Assembly (NCBI GenBank): GCA_964486435.1
Contig: CAZAMM010000004.1
Span: forward strand, 219-64,218
Reading direction: 5' to 3'
DNA length: 64,000 bases
Source: an uncultured Methanosarcinales archaeon
Lineage (GTDB): Archaea > Halobacteriota > Methanosarcinia > Methanosarcinales > Methanosarcinaceae
Both the position numbers and the translations under genes were made by a program. A model generated the notes under the pieces. That model was not told the origin of the DNA, made no database searches, and saw only the letters and a program-made list of their open reading frames with translations. Shown here one piece after another: positions 31,117 to 42,250 of this stretch. The number at the start of each line of letters is the position of its first letter. Within the stretch, counting starts at the first letter, position 1.

Positions 31117-31461
31117 TCAAGATTCCATCTCCTTCGCATGCTGCTGGCACATATCCACCAGTACATTAACATGCTCATCAGCAAGATGATAGATAGTAAA
31201 ACGGCCTTCTCTTCTCGTTCTTACAAGATCCAGCTGACGCAAGGTACGCAAGCTGTGAGAGATGGCCGATTGTGACTGACCCAGAGCATTCTCTATATCA
31301 GTTACGCATAATGGACACTGTTGTAAGAGTAACAGTATTTGCAGGCGTGTTGTGCATTGAAGTGCGCCAAATATCTGACAGATGCGATTGAGCACCTGAT
31401 CAGAGGGTAGCTTTCCGATCATGCCGTTAATAGCTGTTTCATCGATACATGAGTGTGGCAT
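31117..31461 (-). CDS. ArsR/SmtB-family metalloregulator
   Basis: 114-aa ORF with HTH region LCVTDIENALGQSQSAISHSLRTLRQLDLV. Confidence 0.85.
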   Translation of the reverse strand: MPHSCIDETAINGMIGKLPSDQVLNRICQIFGALQCTTRLQILLLLQQCPLCVTDIENALGQSQSAISHSLRTLRQLDLVRTRREGRFTIYHLADEHVNVLVDMCQQHAKEMES

Positions 31462-31493
31462 TCATATGACTATATGAACAATGATTCATATAA

Positions 31494-32291
31494 TTAACCT
31501 GACATATGAAGATAGAAGAACAAAGTTACAATGGCCACCACTATGAAAATTGACAAAAGGTCCTCTTTATGCATCTTCAGCTCGAACATGGAAGTCCTGT
31601 AAACTCCCTGGTAACAGCGGCTTTCCATGGCCATTGACATATCCTCTGCCATACGCAATGTGCTGTGGATTATGGGCACGACCAGGGAAGAAAGTCCCTT
31701 CAGAAGATTGCGGCGCATGTTCATTCCTCTGGATACCTGTGCCTGTAATATTTGCTCCAGGCTCATATGAAGCAGGGGCACAAAACGCATGGAAATTGAC
31801 ATCATAATTGCAAGATCATGTGATGATATGCCAATAAGAGAGAGAGGCAGTGGGCGCAGCATCTTCTCAATACCCAGAGTAAGAACTGCAGGGCTTGTAG
31901 TAGAAATAAGCAATGAGGCAAAGAGGATAAGAAGAATAAAACGGGAAGTAATAAGTGCAGCTTTCCAGAGTCCCTCATAGCTTATACCTAACATTCCCAT
32001 GGAAAATATCCTCTCACCTCCTGAGAACATTGATTGCACGATGAAAAGGAAAAGGAAAAAAAACAACATAGGACGAAGAGATCTAAGGTGATGGCTGATA
32101 CCCAGCTTTGCAGGTAGAGAGAATACCAGAAAGATACCTGATAGCCCAATGATTTCCTCAAAAGCGGATGACTGCAGTACAATGATACTAAGCAGCATGA
32201 CTGACATCAATTTTGTACGTGGATCAAGCCTGTGAAGAAAAGATTCTCCCGGAACGTAGGAAAAGAACATTTCATTCATGTGCTCTCTCAA
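31494..32291 (-). CDS. ecfT: ECF transporter transmembrane (T) component
   Basis: 265-aa polytopic ORF beginning LHRLDPRTKL, typical of the CbiQ/EcfT family. It is the last gene of the bioY-ecfA-ecfA' operon. Confidence 0.85.
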   Translation of the reverse strand: MREHMNEMFFSYVPGESFLHRLDPRTKLMSVMLLSIIVLQSSAFEEIIGLSGIFLVFSLPAKLGISHHLRSLRPMLFFFLFLFIVQSMFSGGERIFSMGMLGISYEGLWKAALITSRFILLILFASLLISTTSPAVLTLGIEKMLRPLPLSLIGISSHDLAIMMSISMRFVPLLHMSLEQILQAQVSRGMNMRRNLLKGLSSLVVPIIHSTLRMAEDMSMAMESRCYQGVYRTSMFELKMHKEDLLSIFIVVAIVTLFFYLHMSG

Positions 32292-33099
32292 TCCTTTTGA
32301 TACGCATTATTTCCTCAAAAGCTGCCTCTGCACTGAATATACCTTCATGGACATCTATCCCACGTTTTCGCAATTCCTTCATCAATAATGGGATGTCCGG
32401 GAGCTTCGAAGGAGAGGATGATAAATATGCTTCAGGAGTACCTTCAAAGACCACTTTGCCTCTTTCCATAAAGATCAACCTAGTGGCCACGGGTGATACA
32501 AGATCTAAATTGTGAGTCACCACCACTACAGTGATCCCATTGGCATGAGCCTCTACAAGCACCTTTAACAGTTCATTTCTGCTTTTTGGATCAAGACCTG
32601 TAAAAGGTTCATCAAGAACGATATATTTAGGTCTTACAGCAAGAATGCCTGCAATAGCTACCAATCGCATTTGACCGTTACTTAAACTGAAAGGGGACCT
32701 GGAAGCCATCTTTTTATCCAGCCCCACCAGCTTTAGGGATCTGAATACTTGCAGCCGAAGTTCTTCACCGGATGTACCAAAGTTCGAGGGGCCAAAAGCA
32801 ACATCCTCAAAAACGGTCCTTCCGAAAAGCTGCTGTTGTGGGAATTGGAAAAGCATACCAATAAGTTTCCTGGACTGGACGGAAGCGGCATTATGTCCAT
32901 CTACTGTCACCTTTCCCGAAAAAGGCTTTAAGAGACCATTGAAGTGCTTTATAAGAGTGGATTTCCCTGAGCCGATCTCACCCATGATGACCAGAAACTC
33001 GGCTTCTTCTATTTTCAGACTCATCCTGTCAAGCACCATTGACTCTAACTGGGTATTCCTTGCATACGAAAAACTGGCCTCTTCTACAATGATCGGCAT
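32272..33099 (-). CDS. ecfA2: ECF transporter ATPase component (A')
   Basis: Walker A GEIGSGKST, signature LSNGQMRLVAIA and Walker B IVLDEPF. Confidence 0.9.
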   Translation of the reverse strand: MPIIVEEASFSYARNTQLESMVLDRMSLKIEEAEFLVIMGEIGSGKSTLIKHFNGLLKPFSGKVTVDGHNAASVQSRKLIGMLFQFPQQQLFGRTVFEDVAFGPSNFGTSGEELRLQVFRSLKLVGLDKKMASRSPFSLSNGQMRLVAIAGILAVRPKYIVLDEPFTGLDPKSRNELLKVLVEAHANGITVVVVTHNLDLVSPVATRLIFMERGKVVFEGTPEAYLSSSPSKLPDIPLLMKELRKRGIDVHEGIFSAEAAFEEIMRIKRIERAHE

Positions 33100-33899
33100 A
33101 TTTCCTCCGCCAGAGATTTTGGAGACAGCAGATGCTCCTCCAAGCGAATAACACCAGCATCTTCGAGTCTCATTGCAAGCTGTATCAAAGGAGACATCTC
33201 AAAAAGACTATGGTCCCGGCCCAGTCCCCTTATAATGGCAAGCGGCAAGCCGTCAGCGATGATATTACCGTGATCCATCACCAGTATACGATCTGCTGAG
33301 AGTATTTCTTCCGGCCTGTGAGTTATGTAAAGCAGGCCAATTCCTTGTTTTTTGAGAGAAAGCAGTATATTGAGTACTTCCATAGATGAATTTGGATCCA
33401 GCATAGAAGTCACTTCGTCAAGCACCAGAAATCCAGAGCCCATGGCAAGTGACCCTGCTATAGCTGCTTTCTGCTTCTGACCACCACTCAAGGAGTTTGG
33501 AGAAGCATACCTATACTTTTCCATACCAGTAATTGCTAATGCTTCTGAAACCAAAGCTCTGATCTGAGAAGAGGGTAGAGATAGATTCTCCAAACCAAAA
33601 GCAATATCCTCTTCCAGTGTACTGCCAAAGAACTGCACATTCGGATCCTGAAAGACCATGCCAACAATCTGCCTTATTTTCCAGAGGCAGGAAAGATCTT
33701 TGGTATCCATGCCCATCACTTTCACGGAACCACTTACGGGTTTTAACAGGCCGTTCAGATGCCTCGACAGAGTTGACTTACCACTACCATTAGGACCTAC
33801 TAAGACAACGAACTCACCTCTTCTTAGTTCAAGGTCAATGGAATCAAGTGTATGTGTTCCATCAGGATATGCGTATGAAAGCTCCTTAATAGAGATCAA
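33084..33899 (-). CDS. ecfA1: ECF transporter ATPase component (A)
   Basis: Walker A GPNGSGKST, signature LSGGQKQKAAIA and Walker B LVLDEVT. Confidence 0.9.
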   Translation of the reverse strand: MISIKELSYAYPDGTHTLDSIDLELRRGEFVVLVGPNGSGKSTLSRHLNGLLKPVSGSVKVMGMDTKDLSCLWKIRQIVGMVFQDPNVQFFGSTLEEDIAFGLENLSLPSSQIRALVSEALAITGMEKYRYASPNSLSGGQKQKAAIAGSLAMGSGFLVLDEVTSMLDPNSSMEVLNILLSLKKQGIGLLYITHRPEEILSADRILVMDHGNIIADGLPLAIIRGLGRDHSLFEMSPLIQLAMRLEDAGVIRLEEHLLSPKSLAEEICRSL

Positions 33900-33902
33900 G
33901 AC

Positions 33903-34457
33903 TTATACCTCATATCGTGTAGCTATGAACGCGGCAAGTAGCAATGCAGCTATATCCCCTATAATGAAAGGCATTACTCCTGCAACCATTGTTTGTTGGA
34001 ATGTAAGATCCGCTACAGACATCAACCTGAAGGCTCCGCATAGATAAATGATACATAGCCCAAGGGACATGCATAGAATATTTTTCAATATGGGACGCAG
34101 ATAAAATATTTCAGAGATCTTACCTATTATGAATGCTGCAAAAACAAAGCCTGCAAGATAGCCTCCCGTCGGACCAAAAAGTACTCCTATGCCAGAAGCT
34201 CCGCCTGCAAATACAGGAAAACCTGCTATACCCAGCATCAGGTACACCACCATGCTGATCGTTCCCCACCGGCTGCCTAACATGGAGCCTGCAAGCAATA
34301 CGAAGAATACCTGCATCGTAACTGGAACAGGTGTAAAGGGCAAAGGTATCTTCACATACGCACCTACAGCTGTGAGAGAGGCGAAAAGAGCTGCAAAGAC
34401 CATTCTCTTAAGATCAGTGCGAGATTTTGCATTATAAGAAAGAGTATTGTCAACCAC
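33903..34457 (-). CDS. bioY: Biotin ECF transporter S component
   Basis: 184-aa, six-TM ORF with the BioY-like PVPVTMQVF motif, first gene of the ECF operon. Confidence 0.85.
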   Translation of the reverse strand: MVDNTLSYNAKSRTDLKRMVFAALFASLTAVGAYVKIPLPFTPVPVTMQVFFVLLAGSMLGSRWGTISMVVYLMLGIAGFPVFAGGASGIGVLFGPTGGYLAGFVFAAFIIGKISEIFYLRPILKNILCMSLGLCIIYLCGAFRLMSVADLTFQQTMVAGVMPFIIGDIAALLLAAFIATRYEV

Positions 34458-34576
34458 GATTGTAAAACTGGTTTACATTGAATTTAAAGATTATCATCTT
34501 ATACTGCAAATGACATGAAAATAGAAAGCCGAGATAATTACGGCTACAGTTAATTATTCATAAAAAAAGAACTGGA

Positions 34577-36211
34577 TCATTCACCCAGTTCTACGTCAGA
34601 TCCCGGCATGCCTCCTGCGCTTGCCTTGCCGGAGGATGCAACCACATCATCGATTCTGAGGATCATAACAGCAGCTTCAGTAGCTGAGTTGATCGCCTGT
34701 GTCTTTACCCTCAGCGGTTCAATGACATTTTCTTCCCACATGTCAACAACATTGCCTGTATATATATTGACACCTGCTCTCGTATTACCGCTCTCATGCT
34801 GGGAGCGCATCTCAACAAGTATGTCTATTGGATCAAGTCCACCATTTTCCGCAAGGGTTTGCGGAATGATCTCCAAAGCATCTGCGAATCCATTCACTGC
34901 AAGCTGTTCTCTGCCTGAGAGCGTGGAAGCGTATTGCCTGAGCTTCAATGCAAGTTCTATTTCAGGTGCACCCCCGCCTACAACTACCTTGCCGTCTTCC
35001 AGGGAAACACCGACAACCCTTAGTGCATCATTAAGCGCACGTTTCAGGCTGTCCACTATATGAGTAGTTCCTCCATGAAGGATCAGAGATACGGTCTTTG
35101 CATCTTTACAGCCCATCACAAAGGTCATCTTAGTGCCTTTGATATCCCTTTCTTCCACATAATCTGCATAACCAAGGTCTTCAGCAAGGATCTCGGTATC
35201 ATCCTGCACAATAGTGGCCCCAGTGGCCCTGGAGAGCTTTTCCATATCGCTCTTCTTGATCCTTCTGCAGGCATATATACCAGCTTTCTCCAGATAGTAC
35301 TGAGCAAGGTCATCGATACCTTTCTGACAGAAAACAACATTTGCACCTGTCCTTATGATGTTATCGACCTTTGCCTTGATCATACGCTCTTCCTGATCCA
35401 CGAACAACTGCATCTGGTCGGGAGAAGTGATCTTTATCTCAGCATCTTTCTCAATCTTGTTGAACTCGATAGCAAAGCTTGTTAGCATGATTTTAGCATT
35501 GTCGATCCTCTGCGGCATGTTGGGCCTGATACGGTCCTTGTCTATTACAAGACCCTTGACCAGCTCCGTGTCCTTGATACTACCGCCTTCACGCTTCTCA
35601 ATAGTGATGTCCCCTATATCGACCACGTAACCAGAATCAGTCTTCTCTGCCACAGAAAGGACTGCATCAATGGCGATCTCAGAAAGAAGGTCCTTGTGTG
35701 ACTCCCCTTCACCCTTGCCTGTAAGTGCAGTTGAAGCTATCTTCTTGAGAGCTGTTCTGTCTTCAGGTGAAACATCAATAGTGATTGTGCTCAGGATCTC
35801 TTCACATTTTGCAGCTGCTTGCCTGTATCCACTTGTGATTACAGTTGGATGGATACCTTTGTTCATCAGCTCCTCTGCCTTTGTGAGCAATTCTCCTGTA
35901 AGTACTGCTGCTGTGGTAGTTCCGTCTCCCACTTCATCGTCCTGGGTCTTGGACACTTCCACTACCATCTTGGCAGCCGGGTGCTCAATATCCATTTCTT
36001 TCAGAATTGTAGCTCCATCGTTAGTGATAACGATGTCACCCAAAGAGTCTACAAGCATCTTGTCCATACCTTTGGGACCCAGTGTGCTTCTCACTGCATT
36101 TGCCACAGCCTTTCCTGCAAGGATATTGATACTCTGAGCATCTCTACCCCTGGTCCTCTGAGCTCTGTTACCTGAATAGTGTGCTGGTTGTCCAGCCATT
36201 CGTGCTGCCAA
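34577..36211 (-). CDS. ths: Thermosome subunit (group II chaperonin)
   Basis: 544-aa ORF with [21 protein letters not shown] and [10 protein letters not shown]. Confidence 0.95.
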   Translation of the reverse strand: MAARMAGQPAHYSGNRAQRTRGRDAQSINILAGKAVANAVRSTLGPKGMDKMLVDSLGDIVITNDGATILKEMDIEHPAAKMVVEVSKTQDDEVGDGTTTAAVLTGELLTKAEELMNKGIHPTVITSGYRQAAAKCEEILSTITIDVSPEDRTALKKIASTALTGKGEGESHKDLLSEIAIDAVLSVAEKTDSGYVVDIGDITIEKREGGSIKDTELVKGLVIDKDRIRPNMPQRIDNAKIMLTSFAIEFNKIEKDAEIKITSPDQMQLFVDQEERMIKAKVDNIIRTGANVVFCQKGIDDLAQYYLEKAGIYACRRIKKSDMEKLSRATGATIVQDDTEILAEDLGYADYVEERDIKGTKMTFVMGCKDAKTVSLILHGGTTHIVDSLKRALNDALRVVGVSLEDGKVVVGGGAPEIELALKLRQYASTLSGREQLAVNGFADALEIIPQTLAENGGLDPIDILVEMRSQHESGNTRAGVNIYTGNVVDMWEENVIEPLRVKTQAINSATEAAVMILRIDDVVASSGKASAGGMPGSDVELGE

Positions 36212-36470
36212 ATCATTAACCTCCTCATATAGTGTTGGATAATTGAACGATCAATTTGAACATTGAAGTGCCTTATCGAAGATATTCAACACTCGATAGT
36301 TGAATCTAAATGCAAGCAGTTCTATATAAAGATAACCATCAAAACCAAATAAGAGACTTGGAACTCACATAGAAAAACAAACAGTAATAAAAACAATATT
36401 ACTAAGAGTAAGGATCACAACAATAACGTTAAAAATAGAAATAATAGATCCATTTAAAATGGAAAATTTT

Positions 36471-36959
36471 TCAGGCATATAACTTTTTGATGTAATTTTT
36501 AATGGCACAGTAAACGTGCTCTTTATAGCAGACGGGATCGGGAATACTGAAGATAGCTAAACCACCGGCATTCCATGCCGCATTAGAGATGATATTTTTT
36601 TGCTCCATATCATCCACCATCTGCTTAACCTTGGAAAGATCTTCTGCAACACCCCTCCAGTCTCCCTGGTGAACTGTGGAAGGAGCATGCCTGAGATAAA
36701 ATTCAAGCTGCTGCAGAGCGAACTGATATGTGTGCAACCACTGAATATCGTCTTTTTCTACTTTTGCCTTGCCCAGCCTGGCATCCTGAACAAGTTGCCT
36801 GATAAGCAATTCAATATCTGAAGACGTAAAGCTTCTGCTATCCAGTTTATCAATGAATACTTGTAGTTCTCCCATTTGAAACATCCACCTAGAGGAAAAC
36901 ATTGAGGTTAAAGCACATAAGAGTTTCTCAAGTCCGGGATTTTGTAGAGTAGATCCCAC
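36471..36959 (-). CDS. Hypothetical protein
   Basis: 162-aa ORF divergent from the TetR gene. No motif recognised; start uncertain. Confidence 0.35.
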   Translation of the reverse strand: MGSTLQNPGLEKLLCALTSMFSSRWMFQMGELQVFIDKLDSRSFTSSDIELLIRQLVQDARLGKAKVEKDDIQWLHTYQFALQQLEFYLRHAPSTVHQGDWRGVAEDLSKVKQMVDDMEQKNIISNAAWNAGGLAIFSIPDPVCYKEHVYCAIKNYIKKLYA

Positions 36960-36998
36960 ACAATATTTTATACCAGCAAAGAGAACAAAGATTTAAAT

Positions 36999-37664
36999 AT
37001 GACCTCGGTCATCAATGACCACAGTCATATTAAATTGAGCTCACAGAATGAGATGGATAGAATGTCCCTTCGTGAAAAAAAGAAGATAGAAACAAAGAAC
37101 AGGATCTTCGAAGTGTCCGGGAAGCTGTTCAAAGAAAAAGGCTTTGAAAGCACCACGATAGATGAGATAACAAAGGAAGCCGGAATTGCAAAAGGTACTT
37201 TTTTCAATTATTTTCCGACAAAAGAGTCACTTGTTTTTTACTTCGCAGAGCAAAAGGCCGAGTTGGTCTACGACCTTACAGAGAATGAATCTATTAAGCA
37301 TCTTCATACAAAGGAAAGGATAAAGAAGTTCCTTGTTGTGCTGGCTGAAAGTTATGAGAAAGATAATGACCTCACAAAACTACTGTTCTTTGAATATCGA
37401 AGATATATAGAAAATTCCAGAAATGCTCCTGATAAGGAAAGAAATCCACATTATCGCCTTACCAATGTACTTCTGGGCCTGCTGCAGGAAGGTATTGAAA
37501 AAAGAGAGGTTAAAGAAAGTATTGATATGAGAATGGCAGCCGAAACACTGAACGCTGTATATTTTCACACTTTAATGATGTGGCTGAAGTCAGAGAACGA
37601 ACTCTCATTTTCAAGGAACATATCTGCAAAGATAGACCTGTTGTTTGAGGGCATAGGAGAATAA
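36999..37664 (+). CDS. TetR-family transcriptional regulator
   Basis: HTH TTIDEITKEAGIAKGTFFNYFPTKE. The likely start is MSLREKKK (37062). Confidence 0.85.
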   Translation: MTSVINDHSHIKLSSQNEMDRMSLREKKKIETKNRIFEVSGKLFKEKGFESTTIDEITKEAGIAKGTFFNYFPTKESLVFYFAEQKAELVYDLTENESIKHLHTKERIKKFLVVLAESYEKDNDLTKLLFFEYRRYIENSRNAPDKERNPHYRLTNVLLGLLQEGIEKREVKESIDMRMAAETLNAVYFHTLMMWLKSENELSFSRNISAKIDLLFEGIGE

Positions 37665-37669
37665 TAGTA

Positions 37670-38653
37670 ATGGTAGCCATAGATGTTGAGAACCTGACAA
37701 AGGAATTTAACGGATTTGTTGCTGTAGACCATATTTCTTTCAGTATAAAAAAAGGAGAAGCCTTCGGCTTGCTTGGTCCCAACGGGGCAGGTAAGACGAC
37801 CACTATGTCCATGCTTTCAACAATGTTGAAACCAACTTCCGGCAGGGCTTCCGTAAACAATTTCGATATATTGAAAGAACAGGACGATGTAAGGAAATCC
37901 ATTGGCATTGTCTTTCAGGACCAGAGCCTTGATGAAGAACTCACGGCCTATGAGAACATGGACTTCCATGCCAGATTGTATCGCATCCCTAAGGATATGA
38001 GAGAAAAAAAGATAATAAATCTCCTTAGACTTGTGGAGCTTGAAGAGAAAAAGGACAATCTTGTAAAAACGTATTCCGGAGGAATGAGAAGACGCCTGGA
38101 GATTGCGAGAGGGCTATTGCACGAGCCCAAAGTGCTGTTCCTGGATGAACCTACCCTTGGCCTTGACCCTCAGACGAGGAACCATCTCTGGAACTATATT
38201 GACAGCCTGAACAAAGAAAAAGGGATCACAATAATTCTCACCACACATTATATGGAAGAAGCTGACAAACTTTGTGACCGGATAGCAATAATTGATAAAG
38301 GAAAGATCATCGCATTGGATACCTCGGAGAACCTCAAAGAGAGTATAGGAGGAGATGTGATAGAGATCGTATCTTCGGACAAGGATAAGCTCCATTCAAC
38401 AATCACAAAGTATTCATGGGTAAAACATGCAGACATTCACAATGGCTCTGTCACGATAAAACTCCACAATGCGGAAAAACATATTGTGGAGATAGTAAAT
38501 CTTGCATCTGAAACTGGGATAGACATAGAATCTATCTCTATCCATAAACCCACTCTTGAAGATGTCTTTTTGCATTACACAGGCAGGACCATGAGAGAAG
38601 AAGAAGCCAGCAGCAAAGATCGCATGCGGATGCAAAGGTCGAAGAGGCGATAA
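37670..38653 (+). CDS. ABC transporter ATP-binding protein (DrrA/ABC-2 type)
   Basis: Walker A GPNGAGKTT, signature YSGGMRRRLEIA and Walker B LFLDEPT. Confidence 0.9.
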   Translation: MVAIDVENLTKEFNGFVAVDHISFSIKKGEAFGLLGPNGAGKTTTMSMLSTMLKPTSGRASVNNFDILKEQDDVRKSIGIVFQDQSLDEELTAYENMDFHARLYRIPKDMREKKIINLLRLVELEEKKDNLVKTYSGGMRRRLEIARGLLHEPKVLFLDEPTLGLDPQTRNHLWNYIDSLNKEKGITIILTTHYMEEADKLCDRIAIIDKGKIIALDTSENLKESIGGDVIEIVSSDKDKLHSTITKYSWVKHADIHNGSVTIKLHNAEKHIVEIVNLASETGIDIESISIHKPTLEDVFLHYTGRTMREEEASSKDRMRMQRSKRR

Positions 38654-38654
38654 A

Positions 38655-39404
38655 ATGGATATTGTATATACGATCTGGTTAAGAAATGTAAAGCGTTACC
38701 TTCGCTCCAAAAGCAGGATAGTAGGCAGCTTAGGCATGCCTGTTTTCTTATTACTTGTACTCGGCTTTGGCCTTAATTCCGTGGTCAGCATTCCAGGAAT
38801 GAGCAATGGTTATATAGGATTTATCATCCCGGGCATTATCTCCATGAGCGTTCTGTTCACGTCCATATTCTCAGGCATACAGATAATCTGGGATAAACAA
38901 TTCGGGTTCTTAAAAGAAACACTGGTTGCGCCAGTATCAAGAATTGAGATCATGCTGGGGCAAACTGTGGGAGGAGCTACTGCAGCTCTGATCCAGGGGA
39001 TCATAATTCTTGTGCTTTCGTTATTCCTGGGCCTGAAGATCAGCAGCATTCCGGGATTCGCTCTGGCTATCATCTTCATGATACTTATCGGGCTTTCCTT
39101 CACTGCATTTGGCATTGCCTTTGCGTCCAGAATGGAGGATATGCACGGGTTCCAGCTCATAATGAACTTTGTTATATTCCCCATTTTCGGACTTTCCGGA
39201 GCACTGTTTCCCATAGACAGCCTGCCCCCCTGGCTAAGGTCCCTGACCATGCTGGACCCTCTGACATACGGAGTAGAAGGTATAAGGTACGGACTGCTGG
39301 GAACCTCACAGATCGACCCGGTATTGAGCTTTTTTGTGCTTAGCGGATTTACAGTATTCATGGTGGTCTTAGGTGCCTACCTTTTCCGGAAGATAAGTAT
39401 CTGA
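38655..39404 (+). CDS. ABC-2 type transporter permease
   Basis: 249-aa, six-TM ORF immediately after the ATPase gene. Confidence 0.85.
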   Translation: MDIVYTIWLRNVKRYLRSKSRIVGSLGMPVFLLLVLGFGLNSVVSIPGMSNGYIGFIIPGIISMSVLFTSIFSGIQIIWDKQFGFLKETLVAPVSRIEIMLGQTVGGATAALIQGIIILVLSLFLGLKISSIPGFALAIIFMILIGLSFTAFGIAFASRMEDMHGFQLIMNFVIFPIFGLSGALFPIDSLPPWLRSLTMLDPLTYGVEGIRYGLLGTSQIDPVLSFFVLSGFTVFMVVLGAYLFRKISI

Positions 39405-39434
39405 ATACCATTTGAAACAGAAGGTCCTAGACAG

Positions 39435-40613
39435 ATGCACAAGAATGATGAACTAAAACAGATAGTTCCTTTACTGGCGCTTTTAACAGCCTTTCCAGCA
39501 TTTTCCACAGATATGATACTGCCGGCCATCCCATCCCTTGCTGTGATGTGGAATAAGCCTCTGGCAGTGGTCAATTTGATCCTTATTTGCTTTTTTATCA
39601 CCTATGGATTCTTTCTGCTCATCTATAGCCCTGTTTCAGACAGATACGGACGAAGAAGACCATTGATCGCCGGGATCTCACTGTATATATTTGCCAGCAT
39701 GCTCTGTGCTTTGGCAAATAGTGCAGCTATGCTGATACTGTTCCGCATAATACAGGCTACCGGAGCTGCTTCCAGTGCCTCTCTGTCTATGGCCATGACC
39801 AAGGATATATTCTCTGGAAAGGAGAGAGAAAGGATACTGGCCTATATAGCAGTCATCATGGCGCTGGCCCCTATGTTCGCCCCTATTATGGGAGGATGGA
39901 TACTGGCCTATCTTTCATGGCACTGGATATTCTTTGCCCAGGGCATGATGGGAGTAATAGGTCTCTTAGGAGTCATCAGAACACCTGAAACACTTAAAGA
40001 GGCATCTGAAACCCCCTTATCAAGAGTGATGTATCCATATGGTAAACTGTTGCTCAATAAGAAATATATGATAATGGTCCTTGTGATGTCTATAAGCCTT
40101 TTACCCCTATACAGCTTCATCGCCGGTTCTTCAGCTGTGTACATCAATGGTTTTGGCCTGAGCGAGCAAAGTTTCAGCTACTTATTTGCTTTTAATGCTC
40201 TTGCATTAATGGCAGGATCGATTTCATGTCTTAAACTGTCAGAAAGGACAGACTCCAAAAATCTGATAACTGCTGGTTTTACAGGTATAGTCCTGGGTGG
40301 CATACTTATCCTTACCATCGGCCAGCGTGGACCCTGGTGCTTTGCAATTCCCATGGCTATAATCACATATTCTATAGGGATCAGCAGACCTCCAAGCAAC
40401 CACCTGGTACTTGAGCAGGTCCGTAAAGATGCAGGTTCGGCATCTTCCCTATTAATATTCACATATTTCACCCTTGGAGCTGCAGGCATGTGGCTTGTAT
40501 CCCAGAACTGGCTTGAAAGAATACAGATACTGGGTACTATCGCTTTGACCTGCGGCGTGTTTGTGCTGGGAACATGGCTGTTTTTACAGAAAAAGGATAT
40601 TGTAAGTACATGA
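39435..40613 (+). CDS. MFS multidrug efflux transporter (Bcr/CflA-like)
   Basis: 392-aa, 12-TM ORF with MFS motif A (SDRYGRRRPL). Confidence 0.85.
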   Translation: MHKNDELKQIVPLLALLTAFPAFSTDMILPAIPSLAVMWNKPLAVVNLILICFFITYGFFLLIYSPVSDRYGRRRPLIAGISLYIFASMLCALANSAAMLILFRIIQATGAASSASLSMAMTKDIFSGKERERILAYIAVIMALAPMFAPIMGGWILAYLSWHWIFFAQGMMGVIGLLGVIRTPETLKEASETPLSRVMYPYGKLLLNKKYMIMVLVMSISLLPLYSFIAGSSAVYINGFGLSEQSFSYLFAFNALALMAGSISCLKLSERTDSKNLITAGFTGIVLGGILILTIGQRGPWCFAIPMAIITYSIGISRPPSNHLVLEQVRKDAGSASSLLIFTYFTLGAAGMWLVSQNWLERIQILGTIALTCGVFVLGTWLFLQKKDIVST

Positions 40614-40680
40614 TTTTCAAGTTCAAAGGTATTAGCTCTAAAAGCAGGTGTGCTATAGACAAACACTTAAAAAGAAAAAA

Positions 40681-40755
40681 CGATCCCGGAGGGATTCGAA
40701 CCCCCGACCCTCGGGTTAGAAGCCCGATGCTATATCCTGGCTAAGCCACGGGACC
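40681..40755 (-). tRNA. tRNA-Arg (anticodon TCT)
   Basis: The reverse complement folds as a cloverleaf: acceptor GGTCCCG/CGGGATC, anticodon stem TCGGG/CCCGA with loop CTTCTAA, T-arm GGGGG-TTCGAAT-CCCTC, discriminator G. No CCA is encoded, and T6 follows on the minus strand. Confidence 0.9.
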
Positions 40756-40870
40756 TGTAGGGGTATGTGATAGATGTTTTAACATAAAAGCCTTTTGTAC
40801 GAACAGCTGAAGAGATCAGCAAATTAGGTTTAGACGTATAAAATGAAGGATCAAGCAATTAATGCTTGAT

Positions 40871-41947
40871 TCATTCATATCTGCCATACATTTCTGCAGC
40901 GTCCAGCATGGCCATCAGCTTGATGGGGGCTGCATTTACAGGGAATTCGCATCCAGGAGCTAGAATAAAACCTGATGGCGAGTTAATGCCTTCGAGAATT
41001 GTCTGCTTACAAATCTCCAGTAGCTCTTCATATGGCTTGGTAAGGAAAAGAGGAGGATTGATATTGCCACAGACTACATCGTGGTCGCCAAAAGCTTTGA
41101 CCTGGTCCTTGACAGGGGTTTCCGGGCCGAACAGCCAGACATATTTCCCAGACCAACCCAGCTCATTCCTTAATTTGACATAATGTTCTATGTTCTTGTT
41201 CTGATCAGAACACGGATGCATAAGTACAGCATGCACTCCCAGTTCTTTCAAGTGAGTATGGATCCTTTTCATGTAGGGATATGCGAATTCAGCAAACGTA
41301 TCAGGAGAGATCATAGTATTGGATTCAGAAGGCCCTCCATCGAATGGGAGCATGTTTTCAGCACCATATTTCTCTGCAAAATAATCTATGCCATTGATGA
41401 ACATATCGCATACTTTACCAAGCAGTGAGTGTACAGCCTTGGGCTCCATGAGAAGCCAGCTCAAAAATTCAGATGTGTCAGCAACTACCGATGCTGCAGT
41501 AAAAGTACTGCCTATCTGCACACTAACAGGCATTCCCATCGCGTGGCATCTTGCAGCTAATTTATCTGCTTCTTTATATGCACCTGGTACTTCTCTTTTA
41601 AAATCAGGCACTTCAAGTTTCTCGATGTCTTCTATGGTTTTCACCGGATGCTTTTTAACAAAGGGTGCACCCTGGCCTTTTCCATAAGGATACTCTATCT
41701 CACCACCAAATTCTAATGACCCTAGCGATGCATATCCATACATCGGGGTCTGCTCATAACCATGCAGGCGCATAGAAGCGAACTGAGCTTCAAAACACTT
41801 ATCCCCATCCGCATAGAAGTCACCAAGTGATATACCAGTGATCTTTGAAGAATAACCTAATGCGAAAGGTACCACTGGTATACGATCAGGCTTTTGTCCG
41901 GTCATAACGGCCATCATACGTTCAGACGGTGTCATTCTTTGTGTCAT
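40871..41947 (-). CDS. Uroporphyrinogen decarboxylase-family methyltransferase (methylcobamide:CoM methyltransferase MtaA/MtbA-like)
   Basis: 358-aa URO-D-fold ORF beginning PSERMMAVMTGQKPDRIPV. Candidate Zn ligands lie in LMHPCSD and APGCEF. Substrate specificity is not assignable. Confidence 0.7.
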   Translation of the reverse strand: MTQRMTPSERMMAVMTGQKPDRIPVVPFALGYSSKITGISLGDFYADGDKCFEAQFASMRLHGYEQTPMYGYASLGSLEFGGEIEYPYGKGQGAPFVKKHPVKTIEDIEKLEVPDFKREVPGAYKEADKLAARCHAMGMPVSVQIGSTFTAASVVADTSEFLSWLLMEPKAVHSLLGKVCDMFINGIDYFAEKYGAENMLPFDGGPSESNTMISPDTFAEFAYPYMKRIHTHLKELGVHAVLMHPCSDQNKNIEHYVKLRNELGWSGKYVWLFGPETPVKDQVKAFGDHDVVCGNINPPLFLTKPYEELLEICKQTILEGINSPSGFILAPGCEFPVNAAPIKLMAMLDAAEMYGRYE

Positions 41948-42250
41948 TGATTCACTACCCCCTATAAATTATAGGTATGTAAAATGTATGAAACTGTATC
42001 AATAAATAGATATGTATTTTTAATATGAAGTGTTTGAAATGTCAAAAGATGTGGTGAATAATTATAGATTTATAGAAAAAAAGAAGGACCCTTAGTAAAA
42101 AAATCTAAAAACCATTATATAATAGACAACATACGTTTAAAACAATCAAATTTATGAACTAACATTCCACTCAATTCCATGCGAAGAATCGAAATGCAAA
42201 TATATGATAGATTGGCATCAATCACTACATTGATTTAATGAGGTACTAGA

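Noticed and set aside
38810-39361. 183-aa minus-strand ORF
   Set aside because: It is antisense to the ABC-2 permease, which is the better-supported frame (hydrophobic helices, operon position).
40846-40870. Hairpin ATCAAGC-aattaat-GCTTGAT immediately after the stop of the UroD-family gene
   Set aside because: It is probably just a 3'-end or terminator structure. It is too short and generic to call as a feature with confidence.
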